The position numbers were made by a program, and so were the translations under genes. Below the pieces are notes generated by a model. It made no database searches. It was not told the origin of the DNA and saw nothing but the letters and a program-made list of their open reading frames with translations. Shown one piece after another: positions 39,001-54,000 of a DNA stretch of 64,000 nucleotides. Positions within the stretch are counted from its first letter, which is position 1. The number at the start of each line of letters is the position of its first letter. Origin of the DNA: Cenarchaeum sp. (lineage in GTDB: Archaea > Thermoproteota > Nitrososphaeria > Nitrososphaerales > Nitrosopumilaceae); assembly GCA_963693095.2 (NCBI GenBank), contig OY843768.1, forward strand, positions 480,001-544,000, given 5' to 3'.

Positions 39001-42000
39001 TTGCTGTCAATGTCCGGCCCGCCTGACACGGGATATGCGCCAACGATCAGCTATACGGCAACCGGCAAGATGCTCGACACGATCGGCAACGTGCTGGCGA
39101 CACCGGCAGCGGCGACTGTGTCTGATGATGTCGCGCCATACCTCGTCTCGGCGCGCACGCTCTCCTCCACGCGCACAGAGGTCATAGTGTCCGAGCCCGT
39201 TGCGCTCTCGGGCCTGCAGGCCGAGCGCCTCGCCGAGTGGCGCTACACGCAGGGCACCGTGCTTGACACGTCAAACATACTGGCACCGATCTCGATAACG
39301 CGCGGCACTGACGCTGCGAGGATTGACCTGGCGCACGCGGCCCTCGCTGATGCGGCCGACACGATTGCGCTCCGCCACACGCAGGGGCCAGTGGCTAGGA
39401 TCGTCGACCTCGCCACGCCCCCCAACGGCCTGGTTCGCGGCATCACGCACATCACTAGCTCTGATGCGACCCCGCCGCTCGTAAAGTCGGCGTTCTTCAA
39501 GTCCTCGACGTCGATACGCGTTGTCTTTGACGAGGTCATGCAGGACGCGGCCCTCACGCAGGGCGTGCCGGTCCTCGCGCCGGGCGTGACTGTCGTGCCG
39601 CCTCCGGCAGACTATGAGTCCTTTTCGTATGCGGGAATGGACTCGCGCGCGCACGTCACGTTTGGCGCCGCGCAGACACTCGACGCCTCCTCTGGCACGA
39701 TGCGCGAGTACCGGTTCTCCGTGCCCACAACGCTGGCCGACTCGGCCGGCACGGCATACGTCGCGCCAGTCGGCTCGTACGTCAGCGTGGCCGCCCATGA
39801 CGGCGCGCCGCCCGAGTTCTCCGTGACTCGCGCCTCGGCAACGTCGCTCCACGTGACATTTGACGAGCCCGTGCGCCGCGTCGGGGCCAGCCCGCCGGCC
39901 CTGGCCACTGCGCACTGGCGCGTCGAGACTGGTGACGTGCCCACGCCCACACTGACTGCTGATGACATTGCGGCATCTGCGGTCTCGCTGTCTGGCAACG
40001 TGATGACCATCACGCTCTCGGGCGTGACGCTGGCTCCGGATGCCACGCCGCACGTGACGCATGTGGGCTCACCAGCCCAGATCGAGGACCTCAACTCCAA
40101 TGCGCTGGCCACCGGCGCGACGGCCCAGGTGCCTGACACGACTGTGCCGTCCATCCTGCGCGCCGAGTTTGCCTCCCTTGCCATTGCCGCAGACAGGAGC
40201 AGCGCGACGGGAACCATCCGCCTGACGATCTCCGAGCCCGTGCGCGTGGCCGGCACGCCGGCGGCATCGGACTGGACGCTCACCGGCGACACGGGGGGAA
40301 CCGCCACGACGCTCTCGATAGCCTCGTATGCCGTCTCGGGCAGCACAGTTGACATTGCCGTGTCAATGTCTGGCACGCCGCACACGGGACTGACGCCAAC
40401 AGTCTCGCCCTCGCGTGCGGCACTCCTCGACATGGCCGGCAACGCGCTGCCCACAAGCGCCTCTGCAGTGGCAGCTGACAGGATATTGCCTGTCGTCCTG
40501 GCCGGCAGCACGACCTCTCATCTGCGCACAGAGCTTACGCTCTCCGAGCAAGTGACCCTTCATCCGCGTGCACCGACTCAAACCTCTGCGTTTACCTTCT
40601 GTTATGAGAGTTGTGGAACCTCGCGACTTACTGATAATGTGACTCTGTTGGATCTGGAAGATGGCAACACGATCGTCATATCGCACGCGTCGCCCGTGGG
40701 AACCAACAACCCACTGAGCGTCGTCTATCAGCCACGAACTGCCGGCGCCGGCAACCTCGTGTCGGATCTTGCCAGTCCTCCAAACTACCTGCTAGACATT
40801 CTTATCCGTTCGCCTGTTATTGCCACTGATGGCATGCCGCCTCGACTGCACGGAATCTGGTTTGGATCGGCCACGAGCATGACGCTGCGCTTTAGCGAGC
40901 CCCTCAATGCGGCAACAGTCACGGCCGCCGCGTCGGCAACGTCGCCGTCAGGGCAGTTTTCGGTCTCTGGCCAGACGGTCACGGGCGCGGCGCTCAACCC
41001 TGCCAGGAACGAGGTCACACTCACGCTCTCGCCGGGCGTGGCACAGGACACCACATACACGGTCACCGCACCGGCCTCCCTGACTGACGACATGGGCAAC
41101 GCGCATGAGGCCCACCCTGTCACGGTGAGGCGAACGACTGATGCGCCCACGCTCTCGCAGGTGTCCTTTGAGCCGCATCGTGTTGGCCGCATTGTGCTGC
41201 ACTTTAGCAATGCGATGGATCCCAGGTCAGTCGAGTCGCTCGGGCCGCAATTCTCGTACTCGCCCCCGCCCATCTTCTCCACGGGGTACTCGGCCCACAT
41301 GGGACAAGACCCCAGCGAGGTTCGCATATTCACAACCCGGCTACAGATTCTGGGCGTAACAACCCGCACGATAACGGTTCCCACGGGCCTTCTTGACGCA
41401 AATGGCAACGCCTACGCGCAGCCGAGCACGCCGCACTCGGCCGCCCCGGCGCCGGCGCCAAGCGTGCAGACGGCGGCATTTACCGCCTCAAATACCATAC
41501 TCCTCACGTTTAACGTGAACCTTGACGGGGATCACATACCGGCCACCGTTAGGGCGGCCGTACCGGGCTTCCTTCCACAGAACGCGGCCTTTTCACACTC
41601 TGGCAACACGGCCACTGTCATGCTGTCACCTGCGGCGACTGAGGGCCAGGCCTACACAATAGAGCTGCCCACCACAATCCGCAGCACGGCCGGCGTCCGC
41701 TATGTGCAGCCAGAATCGTCGATCATGGCCACATATGACACGACGCCTCCGCTGCTCTCCTCGGTGACCGTCTCGCGCACCTCTATCATCGTAGAGTTTA
41801 ACGAACCCATCCTATCCCCTCCCCTATCGGCGACCTTGACCAGATCAAGCAGCTCGGAGAGGATATTTGTCGCGCCCTCCCTGCGCCCCGCGGGCTTTGA
41901 GATTCCCATCGCAACATTCAACCCCGTCGAGGGCGAGACGTTCACAGTCACCCTGGCTTTTAATGACATAACTGATCATGCGGGCAACGCGTGGGTTGCC

Positions 42001-45000
42001 GTGCCGCTGGCCGGAATCTATGACACGACCGCACCGGTTATAGAGTCGGCGCACTTTGGGGCCGCGAACGTCATTGTCGTAAGGCTGAGCGAGGCACTTG
42101 ACGACTCCACGGTTCCGGCGAGCGTGACGGTGACGCCTACTGGCGGCACGCCGGTCAGCGCAACGACGTCATACACGGCAGGCGAGACGTCAATGACGCT
42201 AACACTTTTGGCCAGCGCTGCAGCAGACACGCCGCACACGTTCCGCCTTCCGGCCACGCTGACTGACGCAAACGGCGTTGCGCACATGCCGTCGACGGCA
42301 TCGGCCAACCGCCAGACGGGCACGCTCTCCATAGAGGGCCACACGTACAGGATTGTTAGCACGCAGGGTGTCCAGTCTGCGGAGATCTATGTCAGGTTTA
42401 GCAGCCCGATATCGCCATACTCGCTTGACCAGCTCACGAACCCCATTCTGGTCCGTGTGGGCACCTCTGCTGGCTCTGACCGCCTCTTTTCCCAGGAGAG
42501 ATCCAACGTGCCCTACAGCGACACGATACAGTTCACGCTCTCCGGCAGCAGCACGTTCAACGCAGATGACACGCTCCACGTGACGGTTCCCGCAGGCCTG
42601 CTGGCCACCAACGGCCACTCATACCCGGCACTGGTGCCGCCGTGGTCGGCCACGCTGGGACTGGCCACGGGATCCCTTGACACGACGCCGCCGACCGTGG
42701 CGAGCTCTGCGTTTACGGGGGATCGCACGATACGCGTGACGTTCAGCGAGGCGCTGCGCGCCACGAGCCTTCCGACATCCGTCGCCGTCACGCTGCCTGA
42801 CGGCAGGGTGGTCTCGGCGGCCTTTGGGCCGGCATCAGGCAACTCGTATGACATATCGCTCTCCACGTCGCAGGCCCTCTCGGGCGTCGGGGGCGGCGGC
42901 GCGACGTACAAGTTTGTCATACCGTCGATTGTCCTCGACCTTGCGGGCAACGCGTACGTGCAGCCGACGGTGCCCCACAGCGTGCGCGCCTTTGACGTGT
43001 CGCCCCCGACATTCTCGGCGAGCCTAAAGTCCCCGACGTCACTGGAGGTAACGTTCCTCGAGGATGTCCGGCACGCCGACTTTGGCACCGGCATGGTCAT
43101 TCCGACATCACACTGGCGCATCGAGACGGGAAACACGTCGGCCCTTGACACCTCCAATGACGCCGCACTCTCGTCGATATCGCGATCGGGCCGTGTCCTC
43201 ACAATAACGCTGTCCGGTGACGGCCTGGAGGATGACGACACGCCGCACGTGACGTACACGTCTAGCGTGCCCGGCTTTTTCGACACGGCAGGCAACGCGA
43301 TCGCAGCGGGCACGTACGCCCGCGCGACTGACGGCGCGCCGCCCGGCGTAGAGTCCATAGAGTTCACGGCACGTGACGTGATCACCGTCACGTTCGGCGA
43401 GTCGCTGGCCGGCACTGACGCCGAGATCACCGGCATGACCTACGTCGTCACGGCCCCTGACGGGACTGGCCCGGCCGATGCTGACACCGATGATGACGTT
43501 ATACCGCTGGGCACTCCGATCGCCACGCACAGCAAAAATGCCGACGCGCACTCTGTCCTGGCGATAAAGCTTGGGGCCGCTGCGACGCATGGTGTCACAT
43601 ATACGGTCGGGCTGCCAGCCGGCCTGCGAGACGTGCCGGGCAACGCGCTCGTGGAGCGTGCGCCGGCAGTCGAGCATGACGCAGCCGCGCCAGTCGCGAC
43701 GGCAGTGGCATACCGTGTACTGCCCCCGACCGGTGATGCGCCAAGGCTCGCGCCATACTCGGACTATGCGCGCATTGGCGACCGCGTGGAGCTCACAGTC
43801 ACGCTTGATGAGGCGGTGAGCGCCTCGCCAACTGTCCACTTTGTCGGCAACACCGGCGCTGCTGACTCTGTGACAATGACGCGCGTTGGCATGGCCGAGT
43901 CGTGGAGGGCGACGTACACAGTCGAGACCATGGCGCAGAACGCCCGCATGATTGACGGCCCATTCTCGTTCTCGATGCGCGCACTTGACACGGCAACGCA
44001 GGGGGCAAACGTGGCGCTGATAACGGCGAGCCTGGGCCATGCGCCCTCGTACACCGCGCCGAGCCCGCCCGTGGTGGATCGCACGCCGCCTTCGGCGACG
44101 ATGGCACTCTTCCTTGGGCGCACCGTGCTGGCAGTAAAGTTTGACGATGTCCTTGTTGCGAGCACTGTTCCGTCGGCCATATCGTCATACTCGGTGAGCG
44201 TGCCTGACGGCACGGTCGGCGCCGCTGACGGCTCGCCGGACACAATCACGCCAACGCAGCCAGTGAGGCAGGTGACTGGCGCCGACGGGACGACGAGGCT
44301 GGAGATCAGCATCCCGTTCGTGGCCGGAAGGGACATGATCGCGCACACTGTCACGGTTCCGGCCGGACTCGCCGACCTTGCCGGCAACGCGCTCGCCTCG
44401 CCTGTCTCGCTCACCACCGCGCACTCCTCGAGCCTGGCATTTGGCGCGAGCACCGGCGGCCTTTCACACGAGCTCTTTGTGACCTTTGCTGGCGCCATAG
44501 CCGGAAGCACGGTCACGTCTGACTGGCACGTGACGCATGACGGCCAGCGCCTCACCGTCATCGAGCTCGAGTACATGCTACAGCCGGCATCTCCGGGCAT
44601 GCAGGGCGAGACGGGGGGCGGCTCGTCCATAAACTTTGACGGCCTGGCCCTCAATCCGGCCAACACGTTTCGCCTAGAGATGTACCCCGGTGACATGCTC
44701 CCGCCGGGCGCGACGCCGTCAGTGACGTACACGGCACCGTCTGGCATTGCCCGCCTTGGGGGCATAGTCGACCCCGCCAACGGGGGCCATGTGGTCACGC
44801 GCACGGTCACGGCATCTGATGTCATCCGTCCGGGCATCCTGGCAGCACACGTGACCTCGCCCACGCAGGTCTGGGTGGAGTTTGACGAGCCGCTATCGGC
44901 CGGAACGTTTGACGCCTCGCGCTGGGCCATGACGTTTGGCGCCAACGTGATACAGGTTGGATCCGCCTCGCGCGCAGCCGACCATGACTCCATTGAGCTC

Positions 45001-48000
45001 ACGCTGCCTGCCGGCGTGACGCTGCCGCAGGCAATGTACGCCTCGTCGTCATCTAATCTCCGGTCCGCCGTGATATACTCCTGGCCACACGCGTCAAACC
45101 CCGAGATCAGCGATCTTGCGGGCAACCATATCACCGCCCCAATCGACATCGACGGCCAGACGCGCAGGGTGAGCACGAATGTGTTCTATGACTCGTACGG
45201 GCCGCACGCCATGTCAATAGCGTATGCGGTCCTGGAGCCTGGCGCCACGCCGACTGACCCGCCGGTGCCCAGGGCCGCGCCATTTACGACACACGCGCGC
45301 GTTGGGGATACCGTGCGCGTGACCGTGGACCTTGACCAGGACGCCTCGGCTCCGCCCAGCGTGAACTTTGTGGGCAAGACCGGCTCGTCTGGCGCAGTCA
45401 CCATGTCGCGCGTCACCACCGGTGATGACACCGACTGGACGGCAGACTATGTCGTGGAGGACGCCGTCACGCTGCCCACACTTGATGCGTTCTCGTTCTC
45501 GATGAGCGCCACTGACAGGGCCGTTCGCGGAGTCCTGCCGCCCAACATGTCGACGATAACAGAGTCCTCTGGCCACACCGCCTCGCTGCCCACGCCGCCT
45601 GCCGTGCCGACCATAGACCGCATAGCGCCGGCCCTGGATCCTGCAACACCGCCGTCGATCTCGGGCAGCACGCTGACTGTGACGTTTGGCGAGGATGTGC
45701 GCGGATCCCCGACAGTCGGCCTGACCACGCCGTCTGGCGATTCACGCCAGGTCGCATCGACGACTAGCGGCAGCACGCTTGCCGTCGAGCTGGGCACAAC
45801 GCCGACGTCTGGCACGTTTACCCTGAGCATTCCGGCAACGCTGACTGACCTTGCCGGAAACGCGCGCGCGCCGGCTGCAGGCACGGTGACGGCGTCTCAC
45901 ATGGCACCATTTGAGGCAACCACTGCCAGCGCGACTACGACGCTAGTCACGTTCGGCGCGGCGTTGGGCGGCACGCTTGACGTGTCCCACTGGAGCGTGA
46001 CTGACCCTGCGGTGGCCATCACGGGAATATCGACCGTTACTGCCGATGGCATGGGCCAGGTCACCGCGACGCCGGCCGGCCAGGGCGGCACGCCGGCGGC
46101 CGTGACGCAGACGGTATCGTCGAGTCCGGAGGCGACATCGCTGCTCATAGCGCACGCGGCCGTCCCCTCGGGCTCGACGCCCAGGATAACGCACGATCCG
46201 ATGCAGGCCAGCGGCCTCAGCGCGGCGGGATCGCCGGTGGGCGGCCCGCACGCCGTCGTGGCCTCTGACGGCGTGGCGCCGTCGTTTACGGCCATGACGG
46301 CTGCGCGCACGTCGACTGTCGTGACCTTTGCCGAGCCTGTCGACGGCACGACATCGGCGGCCGAATGGACCGTGGGCGGGGCAGTGGCGATCCCCTCGCC
46401 GGCATCACCGAGTGCGGCAAGCGAGATCACGCTCACGCACGCGCCGCTTGGATTTACGGCCGGGACTCCGGCAGTCGCGTACACGGGTCCGGCGACTGGC
46501 AACGGCGATGCGCTAGCCGACGCGGCCGGAAACGAGGTTGCCCACGCGACGCCTGACGCCGCCGACGGCGCACCGCCAGTCGTGGACTCGGTGGCGTACG
46601 ACTCGGCGACGCGCACGATAACGCTGGCGTTCAGCGAGGGCCTTGCGCAGTCCACGGCCGTCGTCGCAAACTTTGGCGTGTACGGTGTCTCCTCCTCTGG
46701 CGTGCGCACGGGCAGCGCGCTGGCACTTGCCGCCACCGGCGGCTTTGCGTACACGGCCGGCGCCACGGCAGACGCAGGCTCGACAGTCGCACTGACGCTT
46801 TTGGCCGATGACACGCACGCGTCATACAAGGTGACAGTGTCGTCCTTGGTGACTGACACGGCGACAACTCCCAACGCGTATGTCCCCATCGTCAACCCCG
46901 ACGACGACGCACTCACCGATGACAGTGACATTGCGGTTCCAAAGTCTGACACGGCCGGGCCGCTGGCAATGGCCGTCTCCTTTGTCGTCTATGATGACAA
47001 GCTCGATCCGAACATCGTGTCTGACACGCTGGACCTGACAACTGCGCGCGCCGGCCCATATGCGCTCTATGCCAACGCCGATGACACGATCCGCCTGAGT
47101 CTGACGCTCAACGAGGATGCGTCCACACCCCCGATGATAACCGTGCCCGGCACGGGCCGCACGCCAACTGCAACTGCCATGAACAACGCCGGCGACACGA
47201 GCGCAAGGACATGGCAGCATGACGTTATAGTGGGCGCGACTACGGCCGAGACGTCTGTGACACCGTTTTCATTCTCGATATTGGCAAGCGACGGGGCAAC
47301 GCCGGCGAACCAGCAGACGATAACGGTGACTGCGGGCCACATGGGGGCGCCCATGGTGGCACTGCCGACAATAGACCTGACGTCCCCGACGTCGAGCTCG
47401 CTGACAACTGCAGTCAGGCTCGCGGGAGCCGGCTCGGACTCGGCAACGGTCACCACGGCCGGCATCGGCGAGGAGGTTCGCGTGAACGTCACGGCAAGCG
47501 AGCCCCTCGATGCCCTCGCAGGCGACATTGCGCTCTTTGGGCGCACGGGTTTGGCGACCCTTGGCGCAGACACAGTCGAGACGGGTTCTGGCAACGCGTA
47601 CGCGTACGTGCGCACGATCGCCGGGACGGACAAGAGCGGCCTCTTGGAGTTCAGCCTGATGATCCGCGACAGGGCCGGCAACGCGGCGGCGTCTGCGCTC
47701 ACGCACTCGACGGTGACGAGCCGCGTGGGGGTCGACGCCGTTGCCCCCACGTTCACGGCGCGCACGGTCTCGGCGTCCTCGCTCACAGTCACGGCCAGCG
47801 AGCCGCTCACGGGCACGACTGCAGCAGGTGACTGGACAGCCGTCCACTCCGAGCCGGGGCGCTACATAGCCGCCTCGATCACCGGCGCGGTGGTCTCGGG
47901 GAGCACGGTCACGATAACGTATGGCGCGATCGCCGACACGTCATTTGCGCCATCCGTGCGATACTCGGGAACTGGCCTGGCCGACTCGGCGCGAAACGCG

Positions 48001-51000
48001 CTGCAGGGCGACGCCAGCGCCGCAGACGGGAGGGCACCAGAGTTCACCGCAAGAACGTCAGGCACGACGACTACGACAGTCATGTTCGGGGAGCCTGTCA
48101 GCGGCACGACGGCCGCATCCGAGTGGACAGTCGGCGGAATGCAGGCCACGCCATCGCCGTTGAGCCCCACGACGGTGCGCGAGATCACGCTGACGCACGG
48201 CGAGCAGTCGACGGGCGCAAAGCCGTCGGTGTCATACACGGCGCCCACGGGTGATGGCGCCAACAGCCTCACTGACGCCTCCTCCAACGCGGCCGCCTCG
48301 GACTCGGTGACGGCCGCAGATGCCATAGCGCCCACAGTGATGACGGCCACATACGACTCCACCTCGCGGACCATATCGCTTACCTTCAGCGAGGGACTCT
48401 CGTCGACAACGGTTGTGGCGGGCAACTTTGTCCTGTACCAGACGACTGCATTTGGGGCGCGCAGCGGCCTCTACCCGTTTGCGCTAGGCGGCATCAACTA
48501 TGCGCCGGGAGCCGACTCGTCGCAGCCCTCCACGGTGAGCCTGACTGGCATCAGCTCATCCTCGGACATGTTCAGGGTCGACATATCCTCAAACGTCGAG
48601 GACACGGCGGGCAACTCGTACACCTCGGCTGACGGTCCGGACGGCGACGTCCTCATCTCGCCGGCGGACAGGCGCCCCCCGAGAGTCCTGTCGGGCATGT
48701 TTGTGAGCGCGAGGGATATCGAGGTGAGGTTCACCGAGCCACTGCTCCAGTCGTCTGTTCCGGCAACGGTAAAGGTGACGCCCCCGTCGGCCTCTGAGAT
48801 CGACGTCGCATTCTCGTATGGCGGCTCGCTGACGGCGACCATATCGTTCACATCGGCACGCACGCTCTCGGCTGATGCGGCGACTGCGCCAGTCTACACG
48901 TACGTCATACCCTCAACGGTCACTGACGTGAGCGGCACGGCGTACGTGCAGCCGGACACCCCGCTGAGCGTGCGCGCGCATGATGCGACTGCGCCGTCGT
49001 TTACGGCCCAGACATCCTCGACGTCCAGCGTGACTGTGACGTTCAGCGAGGACGTGCGCGCCTCGACGTCGCAGGCCCCCGCCGGCTCGGACTGGCGAGT
49101 CGAGCGTTCAGTCGCCTCGCCCTTTGACATGAGCAACGACATCTCCGTCTCGGCAGTCTCGCTTGTGGGCAGGGCACTGACGCTCACGCTGCCTGACGGT
49201 GCGATCGACACGGGCGATCGCCTGCACGTCACGTACGTCTCGGCCTCGCCTTCGATCCTCGACACGGCGGGCAACGGCCTGTCCGAGGGGACAAACGTGC
49301 GCGCCGGAGACGGCGTGCCGCCGGCTGTGCGCACGGCCGACTTTACGGAGGACGACAAGATTGTCGTGACGTTTACCGAGGCCCTGTCCAACACGGCAAC
49401 AGAGATCCCGACACTCACGTACGCGCTCACCGGGCCGGACGGCACGGGCGCGCCAGATGATGACACCGCAGATGACGCGATCCCGCTGTCTGCCACGCTG
49501 CCGTCGCTGGGGGCCGGCGCGATGACCATAGCGATAACCCTCGCCGGCGATGCCGTGGCCGACACGACATACACGCTCACGCTTCCGGCAGGGCTGGCCG
49601 ACGCGCACGGCAACGCGATCGCAGTGAGGTCTGTAATGGCGACATATGACGCCTCGGCGCCGGTGGCCACGTCCATATCGTACAGGGTCCTGCCCCCGAC
49701 TGGCGCGGACACGCGGCCCGCGCCATACGCCAACCATGCCAGGGCCGGCGACAGGATCGAGATGACAGTCACGCTCAACGAGGCCACAAGCTCGTCACCG
49801 ACGGTCCTCTTTGTCGGCAAGGTGGGCAGCTCCGAGATGGTGACGATGACGCGCGTTGGCGAGACGAACGCATGGACGGCCGTGTACACCGTCGAGACTG
49901 CGGTGCAGAACTCTGGACTCGCCGACGGCAGGTTCTCCTTTGAGATGGCCGTCTCGGACACGGCGACCCAAGGATCCAACACGGGAACAGTCAGCGCCAC
50001 GACAGGCCACGCGCCGGCATATGTGGCCCCGCAACCGCCACTGATAGACCGCAACGCGCCGGTGCCCTCTGCGGCGTTTGGCGACACGCGCTCGATATAT
50101 GTCAACTTTGGCGAGGCCCTCACCGGCACGCCCACAGTCATTGCGGGATATCCGTACACGGTCACCGTTCCTGACGGGGCCACGGGAATATCTGACAGTG
50201 ACAATGATGCCGACTCTTTGGCGCTCACCTCGGCCATGACCTCGTACGACCCGTCGACGTTCACGCTGCGCCTCGTTCTGGCTGATCCTGCGATCGAGGA
50301 CGTGCTCTACACGGTTGTGCTGCCGGCAAGGGACGGGCTCGCCGACGCTGCCGGCAACGCGCTCTCTGCGCTGCGGCCTGCCACCGAGTACGAGCTGGTG
50401 CGCAAAATAACGTCTGGCAGCATAGACAACGTCACGTACGACGGCACCGCCGCCTCGTCGCTGACGGTCCAGAGCCTCTCGGGCTCGGGCCTCACGCCCG
50501 CCGAGTTCGCCGCGCTCACCACCGCCGCGCGCGAGCGCCTCGCCTCAGGCGAGTCGCAGATATCTCGGGCCACGTTCGGCCTGCCCTTTGGCCTCGAGCG
50601 GCCGGCGGCCTCGTCAGTCGACGTCACCGAGTGGACGGTAATCGAGGGCGCCGAGGGAGACGTGGACTCGTCGTGCGCCAGGGTCGCCGGCGCCGGCACC
50701 GAGCGCGACGTCCTCTCCGTCGTCGCCGTGCGCGACAACGCCATAGTGTTTGAGCACGATGCCCTCTCGCAGACCTCCTCGCGCGCGCACGCCATCTACT
50801 CCCCCGACGCGGCCCCGTCGGTCCGCGCGCTGGCCAGCTGCGCGTACATGGCCGACGCCAACGCGCTCGTGCGCCTTGAGGTCAGGACAGCCTCGGCGAC
50901 GCCGCTGGGCTACCCCGTCGACCGCCTCGTCGCCGAGTTCAGCGAGCCCGTGCTGGCGCCCGACGGGTTCAACCTGGGGCTGGGGATCAGGCACGCGCCG

Positions 51001-54000
51001 ATCGCCGGGGTGCTTGGCGTTCTCGACGTCGACAGGATGACGAATCTGTCGACGACCGTGCCGGTGGCCACCGTGCTCATCACGCCGGCCGAGTACGCGT
51101 TCAGGCTGGCGCCGCACCCGCCGACGGGGACTGCGGCCACGTGGGAGACGTACCAGTACGAGCTGTTCTCCCAGACGTCGTTCCGCGCCCCCACCAGGGC
51201 CGACGGGACGTCGGTGCTGGCCGGCCCGACCGCCCCCCAAGGCGGCGTGCTCGACGGCCTGCCGCCGGCCCCCGTCGGGGCGCACTCGGTGTCGGGCAGC
51301 ACGGCGGCAGTCACGTTCAGCGAGGCGCCCGCCGCGTCGTCCTTTGACGGCGCCGGCGATGACGACGCAACCGTCACCGTGCTCGACTCGGCGAGGAACG
51401 CGCGCGAGGTCACCGGCGCGGTCCTCGCCGGCAGCGTGCTGACGATAACGACGTCGACGCCGCCGCAGGCGACTGACACCATAGAGGTCGTCGGCGTGGC
51501 CGACGCCGTCGGCAACGTGGCCTCCAGGCCGGAGGTGGTGGCGACCACAAGGGCAAGCGCGACTACGACGGTAGTCACGCTCAGCGAGCGCGTCTCGGGC
51601 AGCACGGCGGCGCTCCAGTGGCTGGTGGGCACCGGCGCCGACCGCGCCCGCGCGACGGGAGTGGCCGCCGGCGAGGCCTCGTCAGTCACGGCCGACGCGG
51701 CGCAGGACGGCGGCACGGCAGTGCCGGTGACGTTTGAGGACACGCTGACCCTGCTCCACGCCGCGCACGCCGGCCCCGGCGCGCCAGAGGTCGAGTACGT
51801 CAGGTTCGACGACGAGCGCCTGCGCTCCAGCGGCGTGGCCCTCGGCGAGCCGCTCCCGCCCCTGCCTGCGCCGACTGGCGCGCGGACCGCGAGCCTGGAG
51901 ACGACAGTCGTCACGCTCAACTCCGAGGTCACCGGCTCGACGTCTGCGCGCCAGTGGACAGTCACGGACAGCGCATCTGGCGCGACGTCCGCGCGCGCGC
52001 TGGGGGTGGCCCCCGGCGACATCACCGACGGCGCGACTGCGCCCACTGCTGACACCGCACTGGACGGCTCGACGCCGGTGGCCATATCGTCATCTGCCAT
52101 CACGCTCCTCCACGCGCCGCTCTCCTCGACGGCCTCGACTCCGGTCGTGTCGTATGCGCACACCGGCACCGAGCGCCTCTCGACCTTTGTCGGGACGATG
52201 GCCGCCACGGCATCCCCGCACGTGACGGCAACAGACGGGATCGCGCCGGGTCTTGCGGCCACGGGAGATGCGCTCTACACGCGAGCTGGCGCGCCTAAAG
52301 AAATGCCTGAACTCCGGTTCGTAACGTCACGCGTGTCCGCGAAGGGATTCTTTGACAATGTTCAGGTGCTGGTCACACCGACTGAGAATCTTGCGAATTA
52401 CGTGGCCGCCGACACGACGTTCTTTGCCGGAGAGGTGGACGGTAATGGCGTGTCACTCGCAAAGTCTGCGATGTCTGCTTCGTTAATGTCCACTTCGCCG
52501 CTACTGTACAACTTTACCTCGATGTCCATTGTGGCGTCTGACCCCAATGGCCCAATAAAGTTCAGCGTCGTGATGCGCGATGCGGCAGGCAACACGGCAA
52601 CCGTGACGCATGACGACCTTGCCACGATGGCCGCGCGCAACGCCGCCTATGGCTACCATACAGAGGTCATCACAATGGGCGCCACGGCGACGGCCGTGTT
52701 TGCCGGCCCCTCGATCGTAGTCACGTTTGGGGCGCACATGGGAGGCACAGCCGAGACGATCCAGGGGTACACGTACGCGGTGACTGTTCCGGACAACACG
52801 CTGGGAGACTCGCCTGATGACGACAGTGCTGCTGACGTGATCACGCCGTCATCAATAGTGTACGCCGAGCAGGCCGAGACCTCGACGCTGACGATCATGC
52901 TCCCCGAGGACACTGACACGGCCGGCATCGTGCACACGCTTGCGCTTCCGGCAGCGCTAGTCGACGTGGCCGGCTATGCGCCGGCCACGACGTCATTCAC
53001 GCTCACCGCGCCACCGACGTTTGAGGCAGAGTCGTTTCAGGGAAGGGACGCAGTGGTGACCCTGACGGGCACCGTCACGGGCCGTCTCAACGACGATGAC
53101 TGGTCGTTCTCGCGCGGTGAGAGCACGTATGACGCGTCAGTCACGTACATGCTCTCAGATGGCCGCCGCGGGTCATCCTCGATTGTCCTGGACACCGTCC
53201 CCCTGGATCCCGCAAACACGTTCACGGTGGTGCCCAGCCTCCCGGCAGGCGTGAGTGTCGATGGCCTGACGCTCACGTACACGCCGCCGTCAGGAAGCGG
53301 CTCCTCGCCGCTCGTTGATCCCTCCACGCAGTTTTCCATAGGGCCACGGTCCATAGTCGTCTCAGACGGCACGGCGCCAGATATCAGCGCAGTGTCCGGG
53401 GTGTCCTCCACGCAGGTCAGGGTGACCCTCACGGAGCGTGTCATGCTAGCCGATGGTGCCACGTCACTGGACGTCTCGCGCTGGTCGTCACAAACGCGTA
53501 ACCTCGATGGCACGATTGTGGGCACCAGGACGTTTGCGCTCGCCGAGCTTGGCGAGGACGGCATGTCGATCACGCTGACTGCGGCAAGCGGCCAGACAAT
53601 AGACCCAAAGTTCTACGTGGCCCCAACTACGAGATTTTTCCTAGAATACGTGCGCGCGGCTGGTGCCTCAGCTGACCTCGTGGACATTGCGGGAAATGCG
53701 CCGCTTCGCATGGCCAGCCTCAGTGTGGTTGACATTGCGCCTCCGCGTGCCACGGCAATCTCGTATGCCGTAACGGAGCCTGCGCCAGGCGGGGGCACGC
53801 CTACTGCAAGGGCCGGAAACTTTGCAAACTATGCGCGCGAAGGTGACATGATCACAGTTGACGTGACGCTCGACCAGCCTGCTGCGGCATCGCCAAAGGT
53901 GCTCTTTGTCGGCAAGGCGGGCACCTCCAACGAGGTCACCATGACGCAAGGCGCCAACGCGATGTCGTGGAGCGCCACATACACAGTAGAGGGCGCGACT

